64,000 nt of DNA. Origin: Octopus sinensis (taxonomy: Eukaryota). The stretch is from assembly GCF_006345805.1 (NCBI RefSeq), contig NC_043015.1:310001-374000 (forward strand), written 5' to 3'. Under the pieces are notes generated by a model. That model had not been told where the DNA came from. It did not search any database and saw only the letters and a list, made by a program, of their open reading frames with translations. The translations under genes and the position numbers were made by a program. Of this stretch, positions 27,854-40,140 are shown one piece after another; within the stretch, counting starts at the first letter, position 1; each line of letters opens with the position of its first letter.

Positions 27854-28745
27854 CGGGTTGGTATTAAAAAAAGTCCAGTACTAGTTATGTTTGGTAAAAA
27901 ACTAACTTATTTACCTAAGTTTTAAAATCATATCCTTTGAAATAGATAACTTGCACAGCAATATACTGGTCCCAGCGTTCCTGTCCCCAGCCTCAAAGTA
28001 GTTTTCTGTGAGCGAGTGGAGAACTTTCTGAGATTCGCTCCGGATCTCCACGATGGTGTTAAAATGGCAACCTCTGAGTTGCATTTTCGTCTTGGCCGGG
28101 GACGGAAATCTGTGGGTGCTAAATCTGGCGAATAGGGCGGATGCGGAAGCAATGCATGTTGTTTTGGCGAGAAACTCACGGGAGAGGAATGCTTAGTGAT
28201 GGAGCGCGATGTTGTCTTGAAGTATCTAATTCTTCGCGCTCCACAGATCAGGCCGCTTTCGCCGAATGTCCTCCCTCAAACGTTGCCCTAGAACTCTCGA
28301 TTGACGATCTAGAAATAGGGAGCGAATTCTCGATTACCTCTACCACATTTTAAAGTGTGTGAATCTCGTTGCAGGTCTTCCAGATCGCTCGTCGCATTCT
28401 AGAGACGTTCTTCTACTTTTGAAGAACCCATGCAACTCAAAACATTGCGCACAACTCATTACTTCGTTGCCGTAACCTTGAAGAAGTATGCTAAATGTCT
28501 CTGTACCAAACATTCCAAGATTAATGCAAATTTTCACGGTAGATCTTTGTTGCAGTCCATAACAAAATCGCAGACTACAGCATACACGTGATAAGAAAGA
28601 CACAGCTTGTGAATAAAGCACAGCAATGTCCCTCGGAACACTGCCTCATGAAGGTTACTGCTAGATCTCAATGCTCACGCAACCGTGGGCTGCCAGCTGT
28701 TGGCGCGCTACAGAACTAGTCCGGGAACGTTTTGAAACCACCTCG
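27854..28745 (-). mobile_element. Decayed, internally deleted mariner transposon
   Basis: Imperfect TIRs 27854-27886 and 28714-28745. N-terminal HTH remnant QQRSTVKICINLG...GYGNEVMS...DERSGRP; catalytic motif LLPHPPYSPDLAPTDF. Confidence 0.9.
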
Positions 28746-28751
28746 GGCGTC

Positions 28752-28804
<53 letters not shown>

Positions 28805-29866
28805 ATAGAAAGATAAATAGATAGATAGATAGATAAAATGATAGATAGATACATGTACTTACAAACGCATATTAGCCTTAAAATACCATTAATAGGGTTT
28901 CAGAAACACTATTAAAATACATTTGTAGGTTACTAGCACACATTTCGTGTGTATATACATTTGTGAGTTAGCATATGAAAGCGTACGTAGATATATATCC
29001 GTGTAACATATATACCTGTACGTGTTTATCTATGTATGTGTATACGTATATATGTTAAAATACAAATTTTGAAAACACAAACGTATATATACATACACAC
29101 ACACATATATATATAATTATGCTAGGATGAGTGTGTACGTTTTTCTGTATACACATTTATACAAGCACTCAAATATACATAAAATACATAAACGAAAACA
29201 CAGAGGTTCGTATATATAATTGTGTGTGTGTGTGTGCATGCGTGAGTGTTTGTGTGTACGAATGCATTTAAGCATATATGTAAGTTAGGTCGTTGGATTT
29301 GGATGCGTGCGTTAAACGCTGGCGTCACTCAGACAAATTGAACCTTTTTTCTGTCGGAAACAGGCTAAGACGCCCTATAATTGCTGCTCCCTCCGCCACC
29401 ACCATCAACAAGATCACACCTGTTATTCTCACCAATAATCATACCTTGACAGTAATTGAACCAGTTGCTGCTGCTAATGCCACTGTCATCGCTCGTGATG
29501 ATACTGATAACGATGATGATGATGACACTGGCGACGATCTTGATGATGATGATGATGATGATGTTCACCACTATCATCACCATCATCATCATCATCATCA
29601 TCATCATCACAGAGGTCATTGTCGCATTTTGTTTCTTTTTTTACCATTTTTTTTGTTGTTGTTGTTGGTCTAAATGCTTTTGTTTTTTCTTGTTGTTTTG
29701 CATTCATCCTTGGATTTGTTCTTTGCTGTAAAGATCCACAAACGCGCGCGCGCCGCACATACGTACACAAACACACACAATATATACATACATAAATATA
29801 TGGTAATATATATATACATTTAAATGATAGATCGGTAGCCATTACGCATTTTTTTCGCTCCTTGTT

Positions 29867-29904
29867 TCTTTCTGTGAAGAGCGTAAGCTCGAAACGTTTA
29901 AGAC
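29867..29904 (+). ncRNA. Hammerhead-like motif, family P2 (duplicate copy 1)
   Basis: TCTTT / CTGTGAA / GAGC-GTAA-GCTC / GAAAC-GTT / TAAGA; core is non-canonical. Confidence 0.45.
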
Positions 29905-29981
29905 TTTTTCAATTCCGAGCGTTATACTAATACACCTGTTGTTTTCTACACACCTGTCTCATCTTTCGTTTTTTTTTTTAA

Positions 29982-30018
<37 letters not shown>

Positions 30019-31025
30019 GTACTTATTCTATCGGTCTATTTTGCCGAACCGCTAATTTACGGGATTTAAACACACACCACCATCGGTTGTCAAAGGTTTT
30101 GGAGGGGTGCAAACACAGACACATAAACATATACACAAACACACACACACACACACATACAAACACACACACACACACACACCACAACATACCACACACA
30201 CCCACACACACCACACACACCACACACACACACAACACACACCCACACCCACACACATATATATATAATATTATGCTAGGATGAGTGTGTACGTTTTTCT
30301 GTATACACATTTATACAAGCACTCAAATATACATAAAATACATAAACGAAAACACAGAGGTTCGTATATATAATTATGTGTGTGTGTGTGCATGCGTGAG
30401 TGTTTGTGTGTACGAATGCATTTAAGCATATATGTAAGTTAGGTCGTTGGATTTGGATGCGTGCGTTAAACGCTGGCGTCACTCAGACAAATTGAACCTT
30501 TTTTCTGTCGGAAACAGGCTAAGACGCCCTATAATTGCTGCTCCTCGCCCTCCGCCACCACACCATCAACAAGATCACACCTGTTATTCTCACCAATAAT
30601 CATACCTTGACAGTAATTGAACCAGTTGCTGCTGCTAATGCCACTGTCATCGCTCGTGATGATACTGATAACGATGATGATGATGACACTGGCGACGATC
30701 TTGATGATGATGATGATGATGATGTTCACCACTATCATCACCATCATCATCATCATCATCATCATCATCACAGAGGTCATTGTCGCATTTTGTTTCTTTT
30801 TTTCCATTTTTTGTTGTTGTTGTTGGTCTAAATGCTTTTGTTTTTTCTTGTTGTTTTGCATTCATCCTTGGATTTGTTCTTTGCTGTAAAGATCCACAAA
30901 CGCGCGCGCGCGCACATACGTACACAAACACACACAAATATATACATACATAAATATATAGGTAATATATATATACATTTAAATGATAGATCGGTAGCCA
31001 TTACGCATTTTTTTCGCTCCTTGTT

Positions 31026-31063
31026 TCTTTCTGTGAAAGAGCGTAAGCTCGAAACGTTAAAGA
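31026..31063 (+). ncRNA. Hammerhead-like motif, family P2 (duplicate copy 2)
   Basis: TCTTT / CTGTGAAA / GAGC-GTAA-GCTC / GAAAC-GTT / AAAGA. Stems I and II pair perfectly with a GNRA loop; core deviates from CUGANGA. Confidence 0.5.
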
Positions 31064-31143
31064 CTTTTTCAATTCCCGAGCGTTATACTAATACACCTGT
31101 TTGTTTTCTACACCACCTGTCTTCATCTTTCGTTTTTTTTTCA

Positions 31144-31181
<38 letters not shown>

Positions 31182-31184
<3 letters not shown>

Positions 31185-31416
31185 GTACTTATTCTATCGG
31201 TCTATTTTGCCGAACCGCTAATTTACGGGGATTTAAACACACCACCATCGGTTGTCAAAGGTTTTGGAGGGGTGCAAACACAGACACATAAACATATACA
31301 CAAACACACACACACACACACACACATACAAACACACACACACACACAAAAACATACACACACACACACATACACAACACACACCCACACACACACACAA
31401 CACACACACACACACC

Positions 31417-31453
<37 letters not shown>

Positions 31454-31630
31454 ATATCACACTATATACGACGACGGGCTTTTCAGTTTCCGTCTACCAA
31501 ATCCATTCACAAGGCTTTGGTCGGCCCGAGGCTATAGTAAAAGACACTTGTCTAAGTTGACACGCAGTGGGACTGAATCCGGAACCATGTGGTTGGTAAG
31601 CAAGCTACTTACCACACAGCCACTCCCGCA
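31182..31630 (-). mobile_element. SINE family A (tail-truncated) with expanded internal CA/TA tract
   Basis: ctagtacttattctatcgg ... cagccactcccgcacc. Confidence 0.9.
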
Positions 31631-31681
31631 CCGTATGTATGTATGTATGTATGTATGTATGTATGTATGTATGTATGTATG

Positions 31682-31826
31682 TATGGGCTGCTAAAATGTT
31701 CCTGCCTTCAAATGTATCGCTGCAACAAGTGTGAATCTAAAATGTGAGTTTGAATACAAGCATAATTCACTGATCCTCTTGTATTTTCCTTTACCCAAAA
31801 CCAGGAACTTTTCTGAAGCCCTTCCT
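31682..31826. mobile_element. Small mariner-type MITE
   Basis: Imperfect TIRs gggctgctaaaatgttcctg / caggaacttttctgaagccc. Confidence 0.5.
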
Positions 31827-32392
31827 ATCTCTCTATCGATTAGACTGATGAACGTTCTTATACACAGCTGTTTTTAATGCGCTTTCGCACGTTGATTTGA
31901 AGTTACAATGATTTCATCCCATTTGCTAGGCATAAAGGTCACCACCCGTCTGAAAAAAAGATCCGTCCCTCAAATGGTCACCCATCTACGGCAAGGGACG
32001 AAATAATATGAGATAAAATGTTTCGCTCACGAACACCTGTCCAGGAATCGAAACCACGATTATACATTCGGGAACAGGAACGTCGTAACCACTAAGCCAT
32101 GTATATAAATACTTGTATATAAACACTTAAACTAGAACGAGAAACAGTTATATTTGTACAGTAAAATATAATTTTGAAATATTTGCGTATGTATGTATAT
32201 GCTTTCAAATGTTTATATGAAATATGTTGTTTATGCATCCACACACGTACACACACACAACACACACACACACACACATATATATATATGTATATATTTA
32301 TATATACATAATTACGTATATATATGCAGTATCTCTCTCTCTCTATATAATATATATGTGTGTGTGTGTAATATATACATCTATATTTATAC

Positions 32393-32445
<53 letters not shown>

Positions 32446-32909
32446 TATCTATATATAATAATATATGTATATTGATACATATATATGTATATATAATAGT
32501 ATATGTACATGTATGATATATATATATATGTATGTGTATATGTATATATGTATGTATATCCATATTCCCTTTATTAATAGTTCTGTACTTCACAGTCATA
32601 ATAGGAAACATTCATTAAAAAAATAATAATAATAATGATAATAATGATACAGGAAGCAAACATTATGATGTATCTATTATGTTGATAGAGGCGAGAAATA
32701 TACAACAATAGCAAATATATAAGCCTGAACTGAATACAGAACAATGATAACAACTCTATTGATTAGCATGTGTGTATGTATGTGTATTTATGTATATGTT
32801 TGTATGTGTCTGTACGTGTATATGAACATGTGTATATGCATTTATACATACATACATATATATAAGATTATCTATATGTATGAATGTATACATGGCATAT
32901 ACATATGTT

Positions 32910-32959
<50 letters not shown>

Positions 32960-33072
32960 CCCACCAGCGTGACCGCAGCCACAATGCTGAAACATGTAGA
33001 AGAGTGTGATAATATATATATATATACTCTATATATATATATATAATATAATTATATATATATATCATATAT

Positions 33073-33282
33073 ATTCAACTCGTACACCAGTCGTCTTTTT
33101 TCTCTTTCCCTGTTGCCCCTCTGGGATCTTTCTTCCTCTCTCTTCCTTCTTGATGTTTCCGACGAAGAGCTCCGCTCGAAACGTCATACCTCCCTGCTTC
33201 CATCTCCTGAGCGCCTATTATAATAATACTGTAATTGTTCCTGTTGTTGTGTTTTTTTGTTTCCCTTTTGGATTAAATTATA
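33073..33282 (+). mobile_element. Penelope-like pseudo-LTR fragment, family P1
   Basis: Homologous to 14812-14972; flanked by TA runs. Confidence 0.6.
33155..33189 (+). ncRNA. Minimal hammerhead, family P1 copy (U4 to C)
   Basis: GTTT / CCGACGA-A / GAGC-TCC-GCTC / GAAAC-GTC / ATAC; GUC cleavage triplet at 33183-33185. Confidence 0.6.
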
Positions 33283-33426
33283 TATATATATATATATACA
33301 GACAGACATACATATCTACATATACATATCTATGTATATATATATATACACTCTCTTCTACATGTTTCAGCAATGTGGCTGCGGTCACGCTGGAGCACCA
33401 TATATATATATATATATAATATATAT

Positions 33427-33476
<50 letters not shown>

Positions 33477-33483
33477 CGATAGG

Positions 33484-33527
<44 letters not shown>

Positions 33528-33530
<3 letters not shown>

Positions 33531-34370
33531 GCTTCTTTATTGGCCACACAGGGCTGCACACAGATGGGACAAGTTACAAGGTAGACCTTTTCTTTTGGGG
33601 GATGAAAAATACAAAAAACAAAGGAAAAAAAAGGTGTGGCGTAGGTTTTCGATCAAGAGGTATCGTAAAAGGGAAGAAAAGAACAAAAAAAATTTTTAAA
33701 TAAATGAAATAAAAAATAAAAAGAATAAAAAGAATAAAAAAGAAAAGGAAAAGGAACAAAAGAAAAGAGAAATGAAAAAAGAAGAAGAAAGGGGAAAAAA
33801 AGGGGAAGAGGAAAAAAAACGATCAATAGGGATCGTGTATCACAGTGTTATAATATATGGTGTAAAGGGGAAAGCAAGTAAGGTTTATCCGTGGGAAGAA
33901 AAGCCTACGAAAAAGACCACGGTAACCTTGGTCAATATTGTTATATGTTACCACATTTGTTTGCAAGTGGGTAACCCTCTGTTTTCAGTTTCTGGGTTCA
34001 TAGGATTATGCTCAAGGTGGCTTCGTCATTCATACGTGCCATCCTTGCTACATTCACCCATCTTTTTTTAAAACATTCGCTAGACAAAACTTGCCTCTCT
34101 ACTCTCACTTTCCTTTTCAAGTGTACTTGAAGAAGTTGATGATAGATTGACCAGAGAGGAAAGTGTTTGTCTCAATCCTTTCAGACGCGTCCACCAGATA
34201 CATTCTTTCGCCATAGCCACAAGGATGATGAAAATAGCTCTTCCTTCCCGTTTGAAGGAAGGAGGCGTGACAATATTGACGATAGACTCAGCTGATAAAC
34301 CGACTCGTCTCACACGTGACAGTAGTCGTTCGACATAAGCCCACAGGTCGGAAATTGTTGGACACAGCAC
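33528..34370 (-). mobile_element. 5'-truncated L1/Tx1-clade LINE (ORF2 C-terminus and 3' UTR)
   Basis: CPTISDLWAYVERLLS...AMAKECIWWTR resembles the post-zinc-knuckle segment of L1/Tx1 ORF2. AATAAA on the minus strand at 33536-33541 is followed by (TATC)n. Confidence 0.75.
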
Positions 34371-34514
34371 TTGTGGCTTCGTCGTTCATACGTGCCATCA
34401 TGTGTTTGTATGTTCGTATGTTCGTGTCTGTGTATGGTTTACGTGCATTTTATATCACTATGCGTTAATAAATGTCTCTACGTATTAAGTTCTCTAACAC
34501 TTTCTTTTCTCTTT

Positions 34515-34995
34515 CTCTTTAACTTGTTTCAGTCATTTGACTGCGGCCATGCTGGAGCACCGCCTTTAGTCGAGCAAATCGACCCCAGGACTTATTCTTT
34601 GTAAGCCTAGTACTTATACTATCGGTTCTGTTTTGCCGAACCGTTACGTTGCGGTGACATAAACACACCAGCATCGGTTGTCAAGCGATGTTAAGGGGAC
34701 AAACAGAAACACACAAACATATACATACACACACATACATACATATATACATACATACATACATACATGCATACATACATACATACATACATACATACAC
34801 ACACATATATATATATATATATACATAAATACGACGGACTTCTTTCAGTTTCCATCTACCAAATCCACTCACAAGTCTTTGGTCGCCATGAGGCTATAGC
34901 AGAAGACACTTGCTCAAGTTTCCACGTTGTGGGACTGAATCTGGAACCATGTGATTGGTAAGCAAGCTACTTACCACACAACCAGTACTGTGCTT
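34515..34995 (-). mobile_element. SINE family A, full length
   Basis: All modules present; internal (ACAT)n. Confidence 0.92.
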
Positions 34996-35289
34996 ATGGG
35001 AATTCTTTGACAAGTTCCTTGTACGTTGCATTGTACAGTCTGCCGAATTGCAATTGGATTAAAGGTAGACTTTATGAGAAGCTTTCTATCTCATGCCCTC
35101 CTGACTTCAACAAGTTATAGTCGGAAAGTGAGCATGTTTTGAAAGTAAAGTTACACGCCATGTTTCAAATTTTTTTACTTTTTCATTTCTCTCAGACTTA
35201 TTGGCATTTTCAGAGTGGCATGTTCTAATCCGACTGAAGAAATACAAAAAAGTGACACATCACCTCCATTCATCTAATCGTCATTCACG

Positions 35290-35700
35290 GTAATTCAGGT
35301 ATCACTAGTTTCTTTTAACGTGGCTGGACACTTCTTCTTCAGGGCCGGGAATAATCTGGAAATTTCCAAGCAAAGACTTACGTCATCTGTGGCGATGTGA
35401 ACGCAATACTCTCGTCCGTCAGATGTCGTCAGAATTGTTGGTTGGTCCAATATGTCTAAGATATCACCAGTTAGAATATTATTGAATCGATAATATATAT
35501 TGCTGAATAGCTCAAGATGGCGGAGTCTACTATTACTCGAATGAAACACGAGAAAGCCTTACGTGCTTACACTTACGTGAATCTAGAAAAGCATTTGTTC
35601 GGCAAAATTCAGAAGAAAGTTGTGACCATGTGTCCCGAAACGACATGAGGCCCCTTGATTTTCTTAATTTGAACACTTTGGCCTTACGAGTTGCCATTGA
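35290..35700 (+). mobile_element. Heavily decayed LINE apurinic-endonuclease fragment (RTE-like)
   Basis: KTYVICGDVNAI (GDxNA motif) near 35370-35410, and KL(W)T..SRND...LDFL near 35617-35665 across frameshifts. Confidence 0.4.
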
Positions 35701-35759
35701 GGTAAGAGTGGTTATTCTGTTTTCAAAGCTTGATACATTGGTGTCTTTTTGTTTTTATT

Positions 35760-36102
35760 TAGTGGCTGTGAGGTAAGTAGCTTGTTTACGAATCACATGA
35801 TTCCGGGTTCAGTCCCACTGCGTGGCACCTTGGGCAAGTGTCTTCTACTATAGCCTCAGGCCGACCAAAACCATGTGAGTGGATTTGGTAGACGGAGACT
35901 GAAAGAAACCCGTCGTTTATATGTGTGTATGTGTGTGTGTGTTCGTGTATCTGTGTTTGTCCTCGTAACTTAGCGGTTCGGCAAAGTGACCGATAGAATA
36001 AGTACTAAGCTTACAAAGAATAAGTCCTGGAGTCGATTTGCTCGACTAAAAGGCAGTGCTCCAGCATGGCAACATTCAAATGAATGAAACAAGTAAAAGA
36101 GT
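35760..36102 (+). mobile_element. SINE family A
   Basis: agtggctgtgaggtaagtagc ... gaaacaagtaaaagag. Confidence 0.9.
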
Positions 36103-36124
36103 ATATAATTTAATTAAAAAATTT

Positions 36125-36290
36125 TTTTTATCTCATCTAGTTTCAGCACACGAGCTGTGGCCATGCTGGGGCACCGCCATTCGGTGTTGCTACATGATTT
36201 TACTTCATGAATGCTTTTTAGCAATTGACATTTGGTGCATCAGAGAGTTTAATGCAGCTGCCCTCATCTGCACCTCCTGCCGTGAAGTTA
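36125..36290 (-). mobile_element. Probable LINE 3' UTR fragment sharing its terminus with SINE A
   Basis: Minus strand ends ggcggtgccccagcatggccacagctcgtgtgctgaaactagat, preceded by ~110 nt unrelated to SINE A. Confidence 0.55.
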
Positions 36291-36880
36291 TATATACATA
36301 CATACATACTACATTCATACATGTATTCGTACATAAACAAATACATTCACAGGTACGTACGAATTTATGCACATATCTATGTATATATTTATACGAACGT
36401 ACGCATATTCTGTTTATATTTATATTATTTCAAGCCATAAATTTGTCAGTATTGAAATTCTGTCCCGATAGACCTTAGAATCTTGAGAGCTGATTGTCTG
36501 CCGATTTCTCTGCTGCTGATACGACCGCTGCTGCTTCTGTTGCTGCTGTTCCTTTATATTTTTTTATTCTTGCCGATGATATTGTTGATAGTTGCTATTG
36601 CTCCTGTTGTTGGTCATTGTGTTGCTTCTGTTGTTGCTATTGTTGCTGTCAAATTGTTTTGTGAATGTCTCCTACGCTGTTACGCTTGCTGTTACTATTA
36701 GAGATGGTGTATGTCCCAGCCGTACAGATACAGTACGTGTCTCTGCGTATGTTTGTGTGTGCGCGTACATCACACAAACATATGTATACAAATATTTATA
36801 GAATGTATATGCGTGTGTTTATATGCATACGAACACACACACCCATTTATATATGCATGTATGTATGCATATATTAATCC

Positions 36881-36970
<90 letters not shown>

Positions 36971-36976
36971 ACATGC

Positions 36977-37022
<46 letters not shown>

Positions 37023-37252
37023 ATGTGTGTGTGTGTGTGTGTGTGTGTTAATTGTCCTGCACTCTATTTTTTTGTTGTTTAAAAAAATGTCCAGTTCCTT
37101 GGGTTTGTGTCTATGTTTTCGTTTCTCATTGTGTTCGACGTTTTTTTTGGTGTCCTGTACTCATATATGCGTGTATGTATACATGTAGAGGTAGGTACGT
37201 ACATATATGTATATATATATGCATATGTTTTATTAATTATATAATAGATATA

Positions 37253-37289
<37 letters not shown>

Positions 37290-37857
37290 TTGATGGATTG
37301 GTAAAAAGCAAGTTCGTAGTGAGACAAAGATATGAGAGAGTGAAAGAAAGACACCAAGTTCGGGAAGAAAAGATGAAGAGAGAGTGAGAAAGATTTAAAG
37401 ATTGGCAGAAAGAGGGAGAAGGACAAAAATTGAGATTTATGTGATGGGAGACAAAAAGTCTGAAAAAGGGAAAGAAGGAGAAAGTGTTAGGGAGAAAGAA
37501 TATAAGGCATATAAAAAGATACAACGAAAGGATGAGAGTAAGGCGGGAGACAATATGGGAGAGAAAGAGAGATAAACAGAAGATAGAGAGTGTGAGAATG
37601 AAAGAGCGTAAGAAAGAGGAAAGAGAGGGAGTGAGAGTGAGAGAGTAGAAGTTATTGTGTGAGAGGTTGTTTTGGAGATGGCGAATTAACAAAAGGTTGA
37701 TAATGAGCGAGCAAGGAATGAGCAAAAGAGAGGGAATGTTAAACTGAAGTGTGTTTGGATAGGATTTGTAGAAAAGAAAAATAAAAGTTATGGTTTTGTG
37801 TTTGAGGGCATGTAAGAATGCCCTGCAGAAATAATTCCTGGAGTAGCAAGGTATAGC

Positions 37858-38289
37858 ATACATACATACATACATACATACATACATACATACATACATA
37901 CATACATACATACATGCATACATGCATACATGCATACATACATACATATATACATACATGCATACATACATACATACATGCATACATACATACATACATA
38001 CATACATACATACATGCATACATACATACATACATGCATACACACATACATACATATACATATACATACATACATACATACATACATACATGCATACATA
38101 CATACATACATATATGCATACATGCATCATATACATACATACATACATACATCATACATACATACATACATACATACATACATACATACATACATGCATA
38201 CTACTACATACATACATACATACATACATACCTACATGCATACACACATACATACATACATACATACATATATACACACATACATACAC

Positions 38290-38322
<33 letters not shown>

Positions 38323-38420
38323 CGTACAAAAGTCATGCATGCATACAAACATACCAAACATATTCACAAACATACACAAATACACACATGTATACATACA
38401 TACATACATATATATATATT
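37858..38420. repeat. (ACAT)n microsatellite
   Basis: Direct reading. Confidence 0.95.
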
Positions 38421-38607
38421 GAGAGAGAGAGAGGGAGAAAGAGGGAGAATGAGAAAGAGACAGAAAGACAATGAGAGAGTGGGAGAATTGGAGGGAGGGG
38501 GCGAGAAACAGAGAGACGGTTAAAGATGGTGAATGTGAAATAGAGAAGTCACATAATGAGAAGAGAGTAAAAACAATAATCAAGCCATCTATGCATATAT
38601 GTGTGTG

Positions 38608-38645
<38 letters not shown>

Positions 38646-38852
38646 CATGTGTGCGTGCATGTATGTATGCACGTGTATGCAGATTGAAACAGCTGAATAT
38701 CACAGAGTAGCGAAAGAGACCGTCAGAAATAAATAAAGAAGACAAGAAAGGAAGGAAGAAAGAAAACAAAAAAGGTTAGAAACGAAAAGAGATTTCTTTT
38801 CTACTCTAGGCACAAAGCCCGAAACTTTGGGGGAGAGGGCCAGCCGATTAGG

Positions 38853-39370
38853 TCATAAATACTTGCCATTCATTTTTAATCAACCAAATATGAAGCATTT
38901 TGTTGCACAATGCGTCTCCCCTTTCCTTTAACTTGAAAAAAGCCCTCTTTCCCAGAATTGAGGTGGTTTATGGGCAAAGAATTTATCAAGGTATCTTTTA
39001 CGTCATCCAAGAAATTGAAATTTTTACCATTAAGACTATTCTGCAGAGAAATGAATAAGTGGAAATCAGAAGGAGCAATATCTGGTGAATATGGAAGGTG
39101 GGGTAACACATCCCAGCTGAGCTGCAGCAATTTTTGTCTGGTTCTCAAATCATCATGTGCCGAAAATGAACTTTCTTATCTTTCATTTTAAAGGGTTACA
39201 GAATTAACACAGGTTATAGGAACATAAACCTTCTTCCACGAAAAGATAGCTTAAACTGTGCTCTAAATGGAGGTGTAGTGAAATCCTATTTTTTGGACTC
39301 AGCCATGTTCTAAAATACGTCGAAATGGAATCTACTATAAATCGGCATGAACTTTCCGGACAACCCAATA
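38853..39370 (-). mobile_element. Internally deleted mariner transposon
   Basis: 5' TIR tattgggttgtccggaaagtt at 39350-39370(-). N-terminus MKDKKVHFRHMM is fused directly to TRQKLLQLSWDVLPHLPYSPDIAPSDFHLFISLQNSLNGKNF. Confidence 0.9.
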
Positions 39371-39916
39371 AAATCATGATTTACTGTGTTTTGTCAAAGA
39401 GAAAATTCCACGCTGTAGACAAATGGTGTACATACACCTAGATCAGTTCGTAGCGCCCCCTTTCTAGACTGTGAGATGTAGCATTTCGCATGTAGTGGTT
39501 GGACGCGAAATGTACGAAACTAAATATTCCGTCATATGTATGCTTGAATTTCTGAGAGCCAATATATCTTTGATGATATTGAAAATTGTCGCAATGTAAA
39601 TGAATAAACTTTCACTATGACCACACTCATAAGGAGGTCGTTGTGGAGGAGTCACAGATTTGATTTTACTTCTTAGGACATCCGTAGTGAGATGGACAAC
39701 CAAATAGGACTGCAATTGATATGTGAATAGCACATGGCGTAGGTTCTATGGCTAACTATTAGCAGCCTTATCTGATAGCAATCCGCTGTCAGAGTGGACC
39801 ACAAAACCTCAGCAGCGAATACCAGTCGACAGTTAATAATGAAAGTGTGTTTTTTTTTGTGTGTATGTGTGTGTGTGTGAATATATACATTATTATGAAC
39901 CTCATAGAGAGCAATA

Positions 39917-40140
39917 TGTCTCTTTATTACCCACAAGGGGCTAAACATAGAGGGGACAAACAAGGACAGATAAACGGATTAAGTCGATTACATCGACCCC
40001 AGTGCGTAAATGGTACTTAATTTATCGGCCCCGAAAGGATGAAAGGCAAAGTCGACCTCGGCGGGATTTGAACTCAGAACGTAACGGCAGACGAAATACA
40101 GCTACTCATTTCGCCCGGCATGCTAACGATTCTGTCAGCT
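39917..40140 (-). mobile_element. SINE family B with 13-bp TSD
   Basis: ATAGAGAGCAATA at 39904-39916 and 40141-40153. Confidence 0.93.

Larger units (their letters stand above)
29117..31430. repeat. Tandem duplication, ~1154-bp unit (29117-30270 and 30271-~31430)
   Basis: ttatgctaggatgagtgtgtacg starts both units. Copies differ mainly by small indels, and the junction lies in CA/TA microsatellite. Confidence 0.95.

Noticed and set aside
29293-29673. Asp/His-rich protein ORF (and its copy at 30535-30831)
   Set aside because: Adjacent (GAT)n and (CAT)n tracts; low-complexity ORFs in several frames on both strands, and the duplicate is frameshifted.
35514-35706. First coding exon (CAAGATGGCGG start context and GAG|GTAAGA donor)
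   Set aside because: The ATG frame stops after 43 codons, and surrounding motifs fit a decayed LINE endonuclease better. Not fully excluded.
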